DNA of 64,000 nucleotides from Candidatus Woesearchaeota archaeon (GTDB lineage: Archaea; Nanobdellota; Nanobdellia; Woesearchaeales; SKIA01). The position numbers were made by a program, and so were the translations under genes. Of this stretch, positions 9,428 through 18,417 are shown in pieces. The DNA is taken from positions 160,001 through 224,000 of the forward strand of contig JBJKRI010000006.1 of NCBI GenBank assembly GCA_046704725.1, given 5' to 3'. Numbering within the stretch: position 1 is the stretch's first letter; the number at the start of each line of letters is the position of its first letter. The notes beneath the pieces were generated by a model, which was not told the DNA's origin, made no database searches, and saw nothing but the letters and a program-made list of their open reading frames with translations.

Positions 9428-9793
9428 TCACTGCGTGAGCAACTGGATCTTGTCTGGGTCCTGCTTGATCTCCTTGACCACAGACGCGGGGCCGATGATG
9501 GTCAGGCCGGCGCGGTTGCCTTGGAGCAGGTTCACGAGCCTGCTCTTGAGCTTGCCGAGGAACTCCTGGTTGCCCGCGTCAGGGTACAAGACAGCGAGCT
9601 CGATGCCCTTGAACTTCTTGTCGATGGACTCCATCGTCTTCTGGATGAGCGATCCCTCCTCCTCGGGGGTCAGGCGTCCTTCCATGAGCACGATCTTGTT
9701 CTGCTTGGCCACAGCCAATAGTTTCTTGATGCGCTCCTTGCTCGACAGGCCGTCGATCTCCTGATAGGGGATGAACTGGAGGGTGAGGCTCAT
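9428..9793 (-). CDS. oapB: DUF2073 protein (OapB/ArvB-like)
   Basis: MSLTLQFIPY...EGRLTPEEE..LIQKTMESID..FKGIE...GLTIIGPA; ATGA-coupled to the GTPase. Confidence 0.85.
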   Translation of the reverse strand: MSLTLQFIPYQEIDGLSSKERIKKLLAVAKQNKIVLMEGRLTPEEEGSLIQKTMESIDKKFKGIELAVLYPDAGNQEFLGKLKSRLVNLLQGNRAGLTIIGPASVVKEIKQDPDKIQLLTQ

Positions 9794-10419
9794 TTCGTCA
9801 CCTCGAACAACGACTCGTAGAAGTCCTCGATGTGCTTTCCGAACTTCGCGCTGATACCGACGATCTTGTACTGCGGGAACGCCGCCTGGATGCGTTTCAG
9901 ATCGGATTTCTTGAGGTCCGTCTTGTTCGCGACGAGCAGTACCGGGATGTCCCGTGCCTGCAGGTTGCCCACGATCGTGATGTTGACCTGACTGTAGGGG
10001 TCCTTGGTGGAGTCCAGGACGACGATGACCGCGTCCATGTCGTCGAGCCACTTGATGGCGTCGATGACGCCCTTGGTCGCTTCCTTGGCGCGGGACTTGG
10101 CGTCCTTCTCCTTCATGCCCGACTTGATGAACTCCTCGTAGTCGATCTTCGTGGCGATACCAGGAGTGTCGACGAGGTTGAAGGTGAGCTCACGGCCGTC
10201 CTTGCTCTTGATGGTCACACTCTCCTTGATCTGGACCTCGCGCGTCTCGTGCGCCATGCTCGAGACGGATCCCATCTCCTCGCCGAGCCAGTCCTCGCAG
10301 ATACGGTTCGCGAGCGTGGTCTTGCCGCCGTTCGGAGGACCGTACAGGCCGAGCTTGACCTGCTTCTTACCGCCGAACAGGTCGCGGAAAAGTGACTTCA
10401 GGAAGCTGGTCAGGCTCAT
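9790..10419 (-). CDS. oapA: Era-like small GTPase (OapA/ArvA)
   Basis: GLYGPPNGGKTTLANRI, HETR, DTPG, NKTD and ISA G-motifs; PYSQVN signature. Confidence 0.9.
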   Translation of the reverse strand: MSLTSFLKSLFRDLFGGKKQVKLGLYGPPNGGKTTLANRICEDWLGEEMGSVSSMAHETREVQIKESVTIKSKDGRELTFNLVDTPGIATKIDYEEFIKSGMKEKDAKSRAKEATKGVIDAIKWLDDMDAVIVVLDSTKDPYSQVNITIVGNLQARDIPVLLVANKTDLKKSDLKRIQAAFPQYKIVGISAKFGKHIEDFYESLFEVTK

Positions 10420-11033
10420 GGATAGAGATAAACCCGCTCCGTGCTCATCACGTCAGGCGTGTCGAACTCCGTCGTGGTCGGGGTGCCGATCTTCGGGATG
10501 AAGCTGATGCGCACATGCTGTCCTTCGCCGATCTTGTTGGTCACGTTGAAGTACAGCTTAATCACGTCGCCACGGACGAGGACGCCATTCTGGTGCGAGG
10601 GCCCCTCCTGCATATATTCCACCGTGAAGTTCCCAGTCTTGCCGGACACCTGTACACAATCCACCGCAGTGGTGTTCGTGCCACAGTATGCAGAGGCGTT
10701 AGTGAAGTTCCGGTAGTTGTACGTGATCGAGTCGGTGGATGTCGAGTAGGTCAATGTCACGTCAGCAAGCTTAATGGGGTCGCTGCCCGGAGCCAGCTTC
10801 ATGACTTCGGAGAAGGCATTGATTCCCGCAGTGTCTGAACCGTTGGTGGCGGAGACCTCAAGCACCAAGGCGTTGGTGCTGATTTGGCTCGTGGCCTGCG
10901 TGCCCGTGGAGAGGGCACGTTGCTGCAGGCTTCCCGCGGTCTGTATGAGCACTCCGGCCGCAACAGCCGCGACCAGCAATAGCGATATGAAGATTATCAG
11001 CGTCCCTACACCCATCTCTGCTTTTCGGTTCAT
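10416..11033 (-). CDS. flaB: Archaellin
   Basis: Class III signal peptide RKA|EMGVGTLIIFISLLLVAAVAAGVLIQT; LAPGSDPI; several NxS/T sequons. Confidence 0.92.
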   Translation of the reverse strand: MNRKAEMGVGTLIIFISLLLVAAVAAGVLIQTAGSLQQRALSTGTQATSQISTNALVLEVSATNGSDTAGINAFSEVMKLAPGSDPIKLADVTLTYSTSTDSITYNYRNFTNASAYCGTNTTAVDCVQVSGKTGNFTVEYMQEGPSHQNGVLVRGDVIKLYFNVTNKIGEGQHVRISFIPKIGTPTTTEFDTPDVMSTERVYLYP

Positions 11034-11111
11034 GATGTCTCTGGGTCTCCACCGTCGCAGTAGTATATAAAGCTTTTCGTGTTTTCGGAAAGAGGAAAAG
11101 GAAAAGAGAGT

Positions 11112-11750
11112 TCAGGGATACAAGTAGACCCGCTCGGTACTGATGACATCCGGCGTGTTGAACTCCACGAGGGTCGGGGTACCGATCTTCGGGATGAAGT
11201 TTATCCGGACGGCCTCGTCCTGGGCGATGGAGAACGGCGCGTCGAAGTATACCCGGATGACATCGCCACGCTGGAGGTTCCCATCGAGGTGATTGGTCCC
11301 ATTGATCAGATAGTCCACCGTGAAGTTGCCAGTGTACGAACCGGAGCCCGCGGAGGCGGTCCCCGCACACTGGCTCGCAGTGAGGTTCGCGGTGGCGTTC
11401 GAGCAATAGACCGAAGTATTGGTCGGGGCCCGATAAATCAGTGTCGTGGTCGAGTTCACCGTGTTGAACGTCAAGGTGACCTCGCTGAGCTTGATCGGAT
11501 CGGAGCCGGGACTCAACTTCATCTGCATCGAGAAGTTCTCCACCGTCTGGTCCGTGCCATCCACTGCCGAGACCTCGATGACCTTCGCGTTGGTGGATAT
11601 CTCACCCTTCGATTGCTGGCCCGTCGATAGGGCCTTCTGCTGGAGGCTGCCAGTGGTCTGCAGGAGAACACCTGCAGCGACCGCGGCGACCAACAGCATA
11701 GCAATAAAGATAATGAGGGTGCCGACACCCATCTCCGCACGTCTACTCAT
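11112..11750 (-). CDS. flaB: Archaellin
   Basis: RRA|EMGVGTLIIFIAMLLVAAVAAGVLLQT; LSPGSDPI. Confidence 0.92.
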   Translation of the reverse strand: MSRRAEMGVGTLIIFIAMLLVAAVAAGVLLQTTGSLQQKALSTGQQSKGEISTNAKVIEVSAVDGTDQTVENFSMQMKLSPGSDPIKLSEVTLTFNTVNSTTTLIYRAPTNTSVYCSNATANLTASQCAGTASAGSGSYTGNFTVDYLINGTNHLDGNLQRGDVIRVYFDAPFSIAQDEAVRINFIPKIGTPTLVEFNTPDVISTERVYLYP

Positions 11751-12325
11751 GGATACAGGTAGACCCGCTCCGTGCTGATGACATCCGGCGTGTCGAATAT
11801 CACCCGCGTGGACGTGCCGATCTTCGGGATGAAGTTCAGACGCACATAGGCCCCTTCACCGATGGAACTCGGCGCGAGGAACTGCATCTCGACCACATCG
11901 CCGCGCACCATGACACCGTTCTGGTGGTTCGCGCCCTGCTGCAGGTACGTGACCACGAACGTCCCGTTCTGGTCCGTCGCGTTCACCGAAGGCGTGCTCG
12001 ACGCATTGTCATAGATGTACGTCGTCGTCGTGTTGACCGTGTTCAGCGTCAGCGTGGAATCGCCCAGCTTGATTGAATCGCTTCCCGGTGCGAGCTTCAT
12101 GATCATCGAGAAGTTCTCGATGTTCTGGTTCGTCCCGTCGACCGCACTGACCTCAAGCACGACAGCGTTCGTGCTGATCTGGCTCGTGGCCTGAGAACCG
12201 GTGGACAACGCTCGTTGCTGGAGGCTCCCAGCAGTCTGTATAAGCACTCCTGCAGCCACCGCGGCGACGAGCAGGAGAGATATGAAGATTATCAGGGTTC
12301 CGACGCCCATTTCTCCTTTTCTCAT
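11747..12325 (-). CDS. flaB: Archaellin (true start 12325; the longer track ORF is a shadow of uvrC)
   Basis: MRKG|EMGVGTLIIFISLLLVAAVAAGV; same C-terminus TPDVISTERVYLYP as the neighbouring paralog. Confidence 0.92.
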   Translation of the reverse strand: MRKGEMGVGTLIIFISLLLVAAVAAGVLIQTAGSLQQRALSTGSQATSQISTNAVVLEVSAVDGTNQNIENFSMIMKLAPGSDSIKLGDSTLTLNTVNTTTTYIYDNASSTPSVNATDQNGTFVVTYLQQGANHQNGVMVRGDVVEMQFLAPSSIGEGAYVRLNFIPKIGTSTRVIFDTPDVISTERVYLYP

Positions 12326-12490
12326 TACTATCACTCCATGCAGGGTCTCTCCCCTGCTCTCTCCACGTCGAACCTGAAAGTGGTCGTATTTAAACTTTCC
12401 TACACTCCGAAAAACACAACCAGACCCCGGAAAGCCCTGTTCCCAAACACCACGACAAGCAATAAGAACCGTCGCGCGTTCCACAAAGCG

Positions 12491-14191
12491 ATGCGCAAGC
12501 CGACCGACATCCCAAACGCTCCAGGAGTATACCTGTTCTCGGACGCGGACGGCGCGATCCTCTATGTGGGCAAGGCGGCGAGCCTGAAGAAACGACTGGC
12601 GAGCTACTTCCGAAAGGACGTGGACGACAAGACGCGACGCATGCTTGAGAAAGCAGCGCAGGTCGACACGATCACCGTGCGCAACGAGGTCGAGGCGCTC
12701 CTGCTCGAGAACCGGCTCATCAACCAACACATCCCGCCGTACAACATCATGCTCCGCGAGAGCAGGCGATACGCATGGATACTCGTCACGGACGAGCGGT
12801 TCCCAAGGATCCTGACCGCGCGCAACAAGCGACGGCGTGGACACTATTACGGGCCGTACACGGACGGGACGGCGCGACGGGCGATCGTGCTCGGTCTCAA
12901 CAAGGCCTTCCGATTGCGGACCTGCCGGACACTGCCCAAACGCGTCTGCCTGCAATACCACATCGGCAACTGCACCGGACCGTGCGAGGGACACGACACG
13001 AAAGAGGAATACTCGCGAAGGGTGAGGGATGCCGAAGCGGTGCTTCAGGGAAAGACACGTGCGCTCGTCGCGCGCTTGGAGAAAGAGATGCGCGACGCAT
13101 CGGCGAAGCAACGCTTCGAGCAGGCGAAGACCGTGCGGGACACGATCGCCGCGCTCGAGCGCCTGGAGACGACGCAGGTCGTCGAGCGCGAGGAGACCCA
13201 CGACCAGGACGTCATCGGGAACGCGTCGAACGAGGAGGAGGTCTTCGTCGTCTTGTCCGTGCGGCGCGGCGTCATCGCTCGAAAGCGCGAGTACCGGCTG
13301 CCCCAGGCGCCCGACGCCCAAGAGACGTTCCTCACGGCATTGTACCGCGAGGCGATACCGCCAAAAGAGATCATCGTGGGCGGGCTGAGCGAGGAACGGG
13401 CAAGAACGCTCGCAACATACTTCTCGAAGCTCGTGGAGGGCACGGTGAACGTGACCGTACCGCAGCGAGGCGACAAGCGACGATTGCTGGAGCTGGCACA
13501 GCAGAACGCGACGCTCGCGCTGACACGGGAGGATCCGGGCCTTGCGAGCCTGCAGAAGCGACTGAACCTCGCCGCGGCGCCGGAGACGATCGACTGTTTC
13601 GACATCTCAACGCACCAAGGGGCGGAGACGGTGGCGGCGAGCGTGCGCTACCGCAACGGCAAACCCGACCCGTCGGAGTACAGGCACTTCATCATCCGCG
13701 ACGCTGTGCACGACGACTTCGCCTCCATGCGCGAAGCGGTGTCCAGAAGGTATGCTAGTTCACCGTTACCGGACCTGATCGTCATCGACGGCGGCAACGG
13801 ACAGCTGTCGGCGGCGGGAGTGGCATTGGCCTCGCAAGACCATGTGACGGTCATAGCGCTCGCGAAGAAAGAGGAGGAGATCTACGTGCCCGGACTGTCG
13901 TTTGCGCTACGCATGGACGACAAGGATCCAGGGCTCTTATTGTTGCGGCGCATCCGGGACGCGACGCACCGCTTCGTCATCGGGCACCACCGCGGGCGGC
14001 GGCGAAAAGCCATGAGCGCGAGCATGCTCGACCACGTGTCCGGCATCGGAGCGGCGAGAAAAGACAAGCTCTACAAGCGCTTCGGGACGTTCGAGCATAT
14101 CGCGGAAGCGAGCAAGAAAGAACTGCAGGATGTATTGGGGGAGAGGACCGGAACCCACTTATACAAGCGATTGCACGACGCAGCGCGATGA
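12491..14191 (+). CDS. uvrC: Excinuclease ABC subunit C
   Basis: GIY-YIG (PGVYLF...LYVGKA), EALLLE, UVR domain, CFDIS, PDLIVIDGG.GQ, C-terminal HhH. Confidence 0.96.
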   Translation: MRKPTDIPNAPGVYLFSDADGAILYVGKAASLKKRLASYFRKDVDDKTRRMLEKAAQVDTITVRNEVEALLLENRLINQHIPPYNIMLRESRRYAWILVTDERFPRILTARNKRRRGHYYGPYTDGTARRAIVLGLNKAFRLRTCRTLPKRVCLQYHIGNCTGPCEGHDTKEEYSRRVRDAEAVLQGKTRALVARLEKEMRDASAKQRFEQAKTVRDTIAALERLETTQVVEREETHDQDVIGNASNEEEVFVVLSVRRGVIARKREYRLPQAPDAQETFLTALYREAIPPKEIIVGGLSEERARTLATYFSKLVEGTVNVTVPQRGDKRRLLELAQQNATLALTREDPGLASLQKRLNLAAAPETIDCFDISTHQGAETVAASVRYRNGKPDPSEYRHFIIRDAVHDDFASMREAVSRRYASSPLPDLIVIDGGNGQLSAAGVALASQDHVTVIALAKKEEEIYVPGLSFALRMDDKDPGLLLLRRIRDATHRFVIGHHRGRRRKAMSASMLDHVSGIGAARKDKLYKRFGTFEHIAEASKKELQDVLGERTGTHLYKRLHDAAR

Positions 14192-14961
14192 GAGACTGCA
14201 TAGAACGGCTCGTCATAGAAGCCGGCGAAATCGTCATGCCCTACTTCGGGAACACCAGCCACGTCGAGAAGACGTCTCGCGCGGACGTCCTCACGGAGGC
14301 CGACCTAGCGAGCGAGCGCCACATCATCGAGAGCATCCGGCACGATTTCCCCGACGACAACATCTTCAGCGAGGAGGCGGGCGGGATCAAGGACTTCTCG
14401 GGGCGCACATGGATCGTCGACCCGATCGACGGGACGCACAACTTCTCACGGCATTTGCCTGTCTTCGCCATCATGGTCGCGCTCGTGGAGAACGAAAAAG
14501 TGATGCATTCGGCGATCAGGGTCCCAGTCACCAAGGAGACGTTCTCCGCCAGCCGCGGCGAAGGGGCGTACCGCGACGGCGAGCGCATCACGTGCTCGAC
14601 GCACGCGGCGGTGGACGATAGCGTGGGCCATCTCGACTTCCCATGGGACGATCCGACGTGGGAAGAAGCGATGATCGCCGTCCATGACAGGATCCTCCGG
14701 GAGAACGGCTCGCTCAAGGACTTGTTCTCCATCGGCGTCTCTGGAGCGCAGATAGCGTGCGGAAGGTCCGACCATTTCTTCGGCGCTGGAGCACGCATCT
14801 GGGATTACGCCCCGATCTCGCTCATCCTCGAGGAGGCAGGGTGCATCGTGACAGGGCTCGATGGCAAGCCATGGACCATCACCGAGCCGAGCCTGCTCGC
14901 CGCGAACCCCATGCTGCATGCGCAGCTCCTCCGACATTTCACGGACGCGAAGGAGCGATAG
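14188..14961 (+). CDS. suhB: Inositol monophosphatase family protein
   Basis: TEADL..E, SEE, WIVDPIDGTHNF and WDYAP motifs. Confidence 0.88.
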   Translation: MRDCIERLVIEAGEIVMPYFGNTSHVEKTSRADVLTEADLASERHIIESIRHDFPDDNIFSEEAGGIKDFSGRTWIVDPIDGTHNFSRHLPVFAIMVALVENEKVMHSAIRVPVTKETFSASRGEGAYRDGERITCSTHAAVDDSVGHLDFPWDDPTWEEAMIAVHDRILRENGSLKDLFSIGVSGAQIACGRSDHFFGAGARIWDYAPISLILEEAGCIVTGLDGKPWTITEPSLLAANPMLHAQLLRHFTDAKER

Positions 14962-14985
14962 CCGCACGACCTTTCTGACGCAGAA

Positions 14986-15285
14986 TCAGTGCACGGCAGG
15001 ACGATGCACGTCGTAGGAGCTGTCGTGGAACACGTAGATCGTCGGACCACTGCCTCGAGGATAATAGACCTGCAACGACAGTGGGCGCCCCGGCAGCAAG
15101 GACGGCTCGAGTCGTTTCCACGTCGGGTCAGCGACAAAGACACCGAGCGCCGCTGTTTTCTCATCGATCGTCGGCAACGCAGCGATGCGATTCATCTCGC
15201 CTCGAACGGTCCTTCCGATCACGCGAGGGCCATCGCGGCTTCCCAGAGCGCCAGGCATCGGCCCGGGCATCAATCGTCCTCCCAT
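14986..15285 (-). CDS. Hypothetical protein
   Basis: ORF in the gap, co-oriented with its neighbours; no motif. Confidence 0.35.
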   Translation of the reverse strand: MGGRLMPGPMPGALGSRDGPRVIGRTVRGEMNRIAALPTIDEKTAALGVFVADPTWKRLEPSLLPGRPLSLQVYYPRGSGPTIYVFHDSSYDVHRPAVH

Positions 15286-15339
15286 ACGCAGCGGAATCGC
15301 ATCTTGTTCAAAAAGGTTCTGCGCGATGCGTGGGGCGGA

Positions 15340-16710
15340 CTACGACGAGGAAAAATCCTCCGCAGTCCAACGCGCGTAGAACGCGTCCACGGCCCGTTCC
15401 ATATAGCGCAGTCTCGCCGGACTGCCGCGTTCCGGACTCATGAAACGTTGCAGGGAGTCTTTCGGAACAGCATATATCTCCGGGCGTGAGGATCCCACCA
15501 CCTTCACGCCGACCTCTCTCAAGTACTCCAGCACGTGATGCGTATTCCGACGGACGCCCTCGAATCCATGCATGTCCTTGCTCGTGAACAGCATGAACGG
15601 TTTTCCGGAGATACTGTTGAACAGGCTTCCACGGATCTCCTCACGCATCCGCCCGTATATCGATGATTCATTGTCTAGCGCGAGCGGCAGCTCTTCCTCT
15701 GTCAGGTACAGCACGCCTTGCGGTAGAGCACCCCCAGTAACGAACCCTCCGCGCAAGCGACCTTCTCGTATTCTTGTCTCAAGCGTCGGTTTGCGGAGGG
15801 CTCCCGGAAGGGACCCGAAGTGCTTCGTGGTGACAAGAAGGACTCCTGGCGAGTACCAGCCCGGCAGGCCGTCGAGCGTTGACAGGCCTCCTTCGTACGC
15901 TCCCACAGAAGTCTCTACAGGATGGAGCTTGGGCTGGTGGCCGTTCATGGAGATGTCATCGACATCGATATGCCCTTCCCATCGGTTCACTATGCTGCGC
16001 ATCACGACGGCGTGGAGCTCCCGCACGTTGCCCGGCCACGCCTCATTTTTGAGTCGCTCCACCGCCGCTTCGGTGAAGCCGAGGGTCTTCGCCTCGAAAT
16101 GGCTGCGCGTGCGTGCATGGAGATATGCCACGATCTCCGGAATATCATCCGGTCGCTCGCGCAATGGCGGGACGATGATCTCGTACTGCGCGATGCGATG
16201 GAAGAGGTCCCGACGGAATCCGTCCTCGAACGCGTCGCGCAGCGATGCGTTGGTCGCGGAGAGCACGCGGGTGACGACCTTCTGCGGCAAGGTATCTCCG
16301 ACCGGAATGATAAGGTCCTCCTCAAGGAAGCGCAGGAGCTTTGGTTGGAGCTGGGGCGGCATGTCGCCTATCTCATCGAGGAACAACGTCCCTCCTTCAG
16401 CTGCCTTCACGAAGCCCTTGCTGTCCGAGCTCGCCCCGGTGAACGCGCCCTTGCGGTGCCCGAACAGCGTCGACTCCGCAAGATCCAGAGGGAGGGCCGA
16501 GCAATTCACGGCGACGTACGGATTCATGGCGTTGGGACCGAGATGATGGAGGGCACGGGCGACGAGCTCCTTGCCGACGCCAGTCTCTCCCTGGATGAGC
16601 ACACGGATGTCGAGCTGTGCCAGGCGGCGTATCTGTTCATAGAGCGTCTGCATCGGTGCGGAAGAGCCGATAATCCGAAAATCGGTTCCGGGAATCTGCA
16701 AGGACCGCAT
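15340..16710 (-). CDS. Sigma-54-interaction (bEBP-type) AAA+ ATPase with an unrecognised C-terminal region
   Basis: GETGVGKE, VAVNCSAL, ESTLFGHRKGAFTGA, GGTLFLDEIGDM, QPKLLRFLE, SATN, FRRDLFHRI, PPLRER and WPGNVREL motifs. Confidence 0.9.
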   Translation of the reverse strand: MRSLQIPGTDFRIIGSSAPMQTLYEQIRRLAQLDIRVLIQGETGVGKELVARALHHLGPNAMNPYVAVNCSALPLDLAESTLFGHRKGAFTGASSDSKGFVKAAEGGTLFLDEIGDMPPQLQPKLLRFLEEDLIIPVGDTLPQKVVTRVLSATNASLRDAFEDGFRRDLFHRIAQYEIIVPPLRERPDDIPEIVAYLHARTRSHFEAKTLGFTEAAVERLKNEAWPGNVRELHAVVMRSIVNRWEGHIDVDDISMNGHQPKLHPVETSVGAYEGGLSTLDGLPGWYSPGVLLVTTKHFGSLPGALRKPTLETRIREGRLRGGFVTGGALPQGVLYLTEEELPLALDNESSIYGRMREEIRGSLFNSISGKPFMLFTSKDMHGFEGVRRNTHHVLEYLREVGVKVVGSSRPEIYAVPKDSLQRFMSPERGSPARLRYMERAVDAFYARWTAEDFSSS

Positions 16711-16809
16711 GATTCCACGAGTCAATAGTGACGTATTCAAAAAGCTTTTCTTCGAAAAAGCAATGGCGTCCGGCAGCGAAGACGCATAACGCCGGCTTCT
16801 CGCAGTGTC

Positions 16810-17151
16810 CTATCCTTCACGGACGACGCTCTGGCACCAACCATGCTTGCGGAAGAAATCGTAGTGGGTGATCTGCGAATAACCGTTGAAACGGTCCCTG
16901 ACCGCCGTTACTCGCACGACACAGCTTGACGAAGCGTATCCTTCCCGCAGGTCGGGGCGCAGGAACACGGAGAGCAAGACATTCCTCCCGAACGGATCGT
17001 GCATGATGTAATCGCGGAGGATGTCGAAGACCTGCCGGTCCGAGGCGTCCGACGGCAACGAATCCACGAGGGACTCGAGATGTTTCGAGAGGCTTCCCCC
17101 GCCCAGGCAGAAGCGGAAGTCGAGCGACGGTGTCGCGGGTTCCATGGCCAC
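16810..17151 (-). CDS. Hypothetical protein
   Basis: 113-aa ORF co-oriented with the AAA+ gene; TTTAAG-like box near 17169-17174 on the minus strand. Confidence 0.5.
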   Translation of the reverse strand: MAMEPATPSLDFRFCLGGGSLSKHLESLVDSLPSDASDRQVFDILRDYIMHDPFGRNVLLSVFLRPDLREGYASSSCVVRVTAVRDRFNGYSQITHYDFFRKHGWCQSVVREG

Positions 17152-17243
17152 GTCCAGGCGAGCGGATACTTAAACGTTGGGCGGACCGGAACACGACAGG
17201 CTGCTCGCACAAACATCTTAAGCACGGGGTCGCTCCCAGCCTC

Positions 17244-17385
17244 ATGCCCAGAAACACGGTCTTCTCGCTCAAAGCGCCACAAGCCGGCGGGCGGGCAGCC
17301 CGAAGCCATCAAGGAGCTGCTGGACGGCTACAAGAAGCAGCAGAAGCAGACCCTGCTCGGCGTGACCGGATCAGGCAAGACATTC
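17244..17385 (+). pseudogene. uvrB: Frameshifted 5' fragment of uvrB (left island boundary)
   Basis: 17262-17385 aligns to 21226-21351 with a 2-nt deletion and about 10 mostly synonymous substitutions; encodes the region up to LLGVTGSGKTF. Confidence 0.9.
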
Positions 17386-17467
17386 TTCTTGACGAAGTCA
17401 AGACTATCTGTCCGAAGGACGCGGGCACTTCCGTTTTTATGCTAAAATAGCTCGGATTCCAAAATTG

Positions 17468-17524
17468 AACTAACAGACGGGTTGAGCGCGTTGTGAAACA
17501 ATACGTGCTAGTCATTTGTTAATG
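17468..17524. repeat. attC-like site 1
   Basis: AACTAAC-AGACGGGTTGAGCGCG-TTGTGAAACAA-TACGTGCTAGTCATTT-GTTAATG; imperfect palindrome. Confidence 0.82.
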
Positions 17525-17617
17525 GCTTGTAAGTGATTTTTAGTGCAAGATACTCAATGAAAGCGCAAGAATTATATAATAGAAAAGGATACATTTCTGT
17601 ATCAATAGGTGATGTAA

Positions 17618-17893
17618 ATGTCTGCTATTCTAGATGCGGATCCGAAGCACTGGCCCACGCTAAACACAGTGATCATGGTAGAGCAAACAATAAACAAGCT
17701 CGACGATAGTATCGTCACTGTTCCTCAAATCAAACGCGCGTTGCCACGAAAAGTCAACCATAATACCCTCAAACTCATCCTCAAGTACTTAGAGGAAAGT
17801 AACAAGATCGCCGTAAGCATAGATGGAATTACCTGGATCCACAATCAGAATCAAAAGCTACAACGAGCGATTCAATCAGGTTTAGAGCTGTGA
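17618..17893 (+). CDS. Putative antitoxin / winged-helix protein (cassette 1)
   Basis: 91 aa, wHTH-like (QIKRALPRKVNHNTLKLILKYLEESNKI); AGGTGA SD; GTGA overlap with the toxin-like gene. Confidence 0.6.
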   Translation: MSAILDADPKHWPTLNTVIMVEQTINKLDDSIVTVPQIKRALPRKVNHNTLKLILKYLEESNKIAVSIDGITWIHNQNQKLQRAIQSGLEL

Positions 17894-18243
17894 AACGAGC
17901 ACGCATTATTTTATCTCCAGAAGCAGAAGAGGTCTACAACTATCTGAACAAAGAGGCAAGCAAGTCAAAAACAGAGCGCGCAATACTGAATGCCTTCAAC
18001 AAGAAAAAAGATCTGATCAAGAACAACATCCACTATGGTGAACCGATCGCAAAAAGCAAAATTCCTGAGGCGTACAAGAAATCGTATGGAGTGACGAATT
18101 TATTCTGGGTAGACTTGCCGGATGCGTGGAGGATGCTGTATACGCTGACAAACGATGAATCTCAGATTGAGATTATCGCATTTGTGCTGGATATCTTCGA
18201 TCACAAAGCATACGAGAAAAAAATGGGATACAAGAAGAGCTAA
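17890..18243 (+). CDS. Putative RelE/ParE-fold toxin (cassette 1)
   Basis: Basic 117 aa; IILSPEAEEVY...NLFWVDLPDAWRMLYT...VLDIFDHKAY follows the RelE-like pattern. Confidence 0.62.
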   Translation: MKRARIILSPEAEEVYNYLNKEASKSKTERAILNAFNKKKDLIKNNIHYGEPIAKSKIPEAYKKSYGVTNLFWVDLPDAWRMLYTLTNDESQIEIIAFVLDIFDHKAYEKKMGYKKS

Positions 18244-18282
18244 TCATTGCCAACCTTGCAACTTCTGAAAATCACGTATTGC

Positions 18283-18338
18283 CACTAACATACGGGTTGA
18301 GCGCGTCCTGATAGGATGCGTGCTAGTCGTTGTTATGG
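18283..18338. repeat. attC-like site 2
   Basis: CACTAAC-ATACGGGTTGAGCGCG-TCCTGATAGGA-TGCGTGCTAGTCGTT-GTTATGG; 18273-18335 is identical to 19623-19685. Confidence 0.88.
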
Positions 18339-18417
18339 GTTGCTGCCGATATGCCAGGCGCAGTCTTTGAATTTCGCGAATTGATACTATTATAAAGGAG
18401 GAACATACTGTGTTAAC

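Noticed and set aside
8481-10419. Replication origin next to oapABC, as in haloarchaea
   Set aside because: No cdc6/orc gene, ORB repeats or large AT-rich intergenic region is visible here.
11747-13321. 524-aa ORF fusing a long N-terminus to an archaellin
   Set aside because: The extension is largely the antisense shadow of uvrC; the class III signal peptide marks the start at 12325.
3939-16710. The bEBP as an RtcR-like regulator of rtcB
   Set aside because: It has no N-terminal CARF domain, lies about 10 kb away, and the rtcB operon has a TATA-type promoter.
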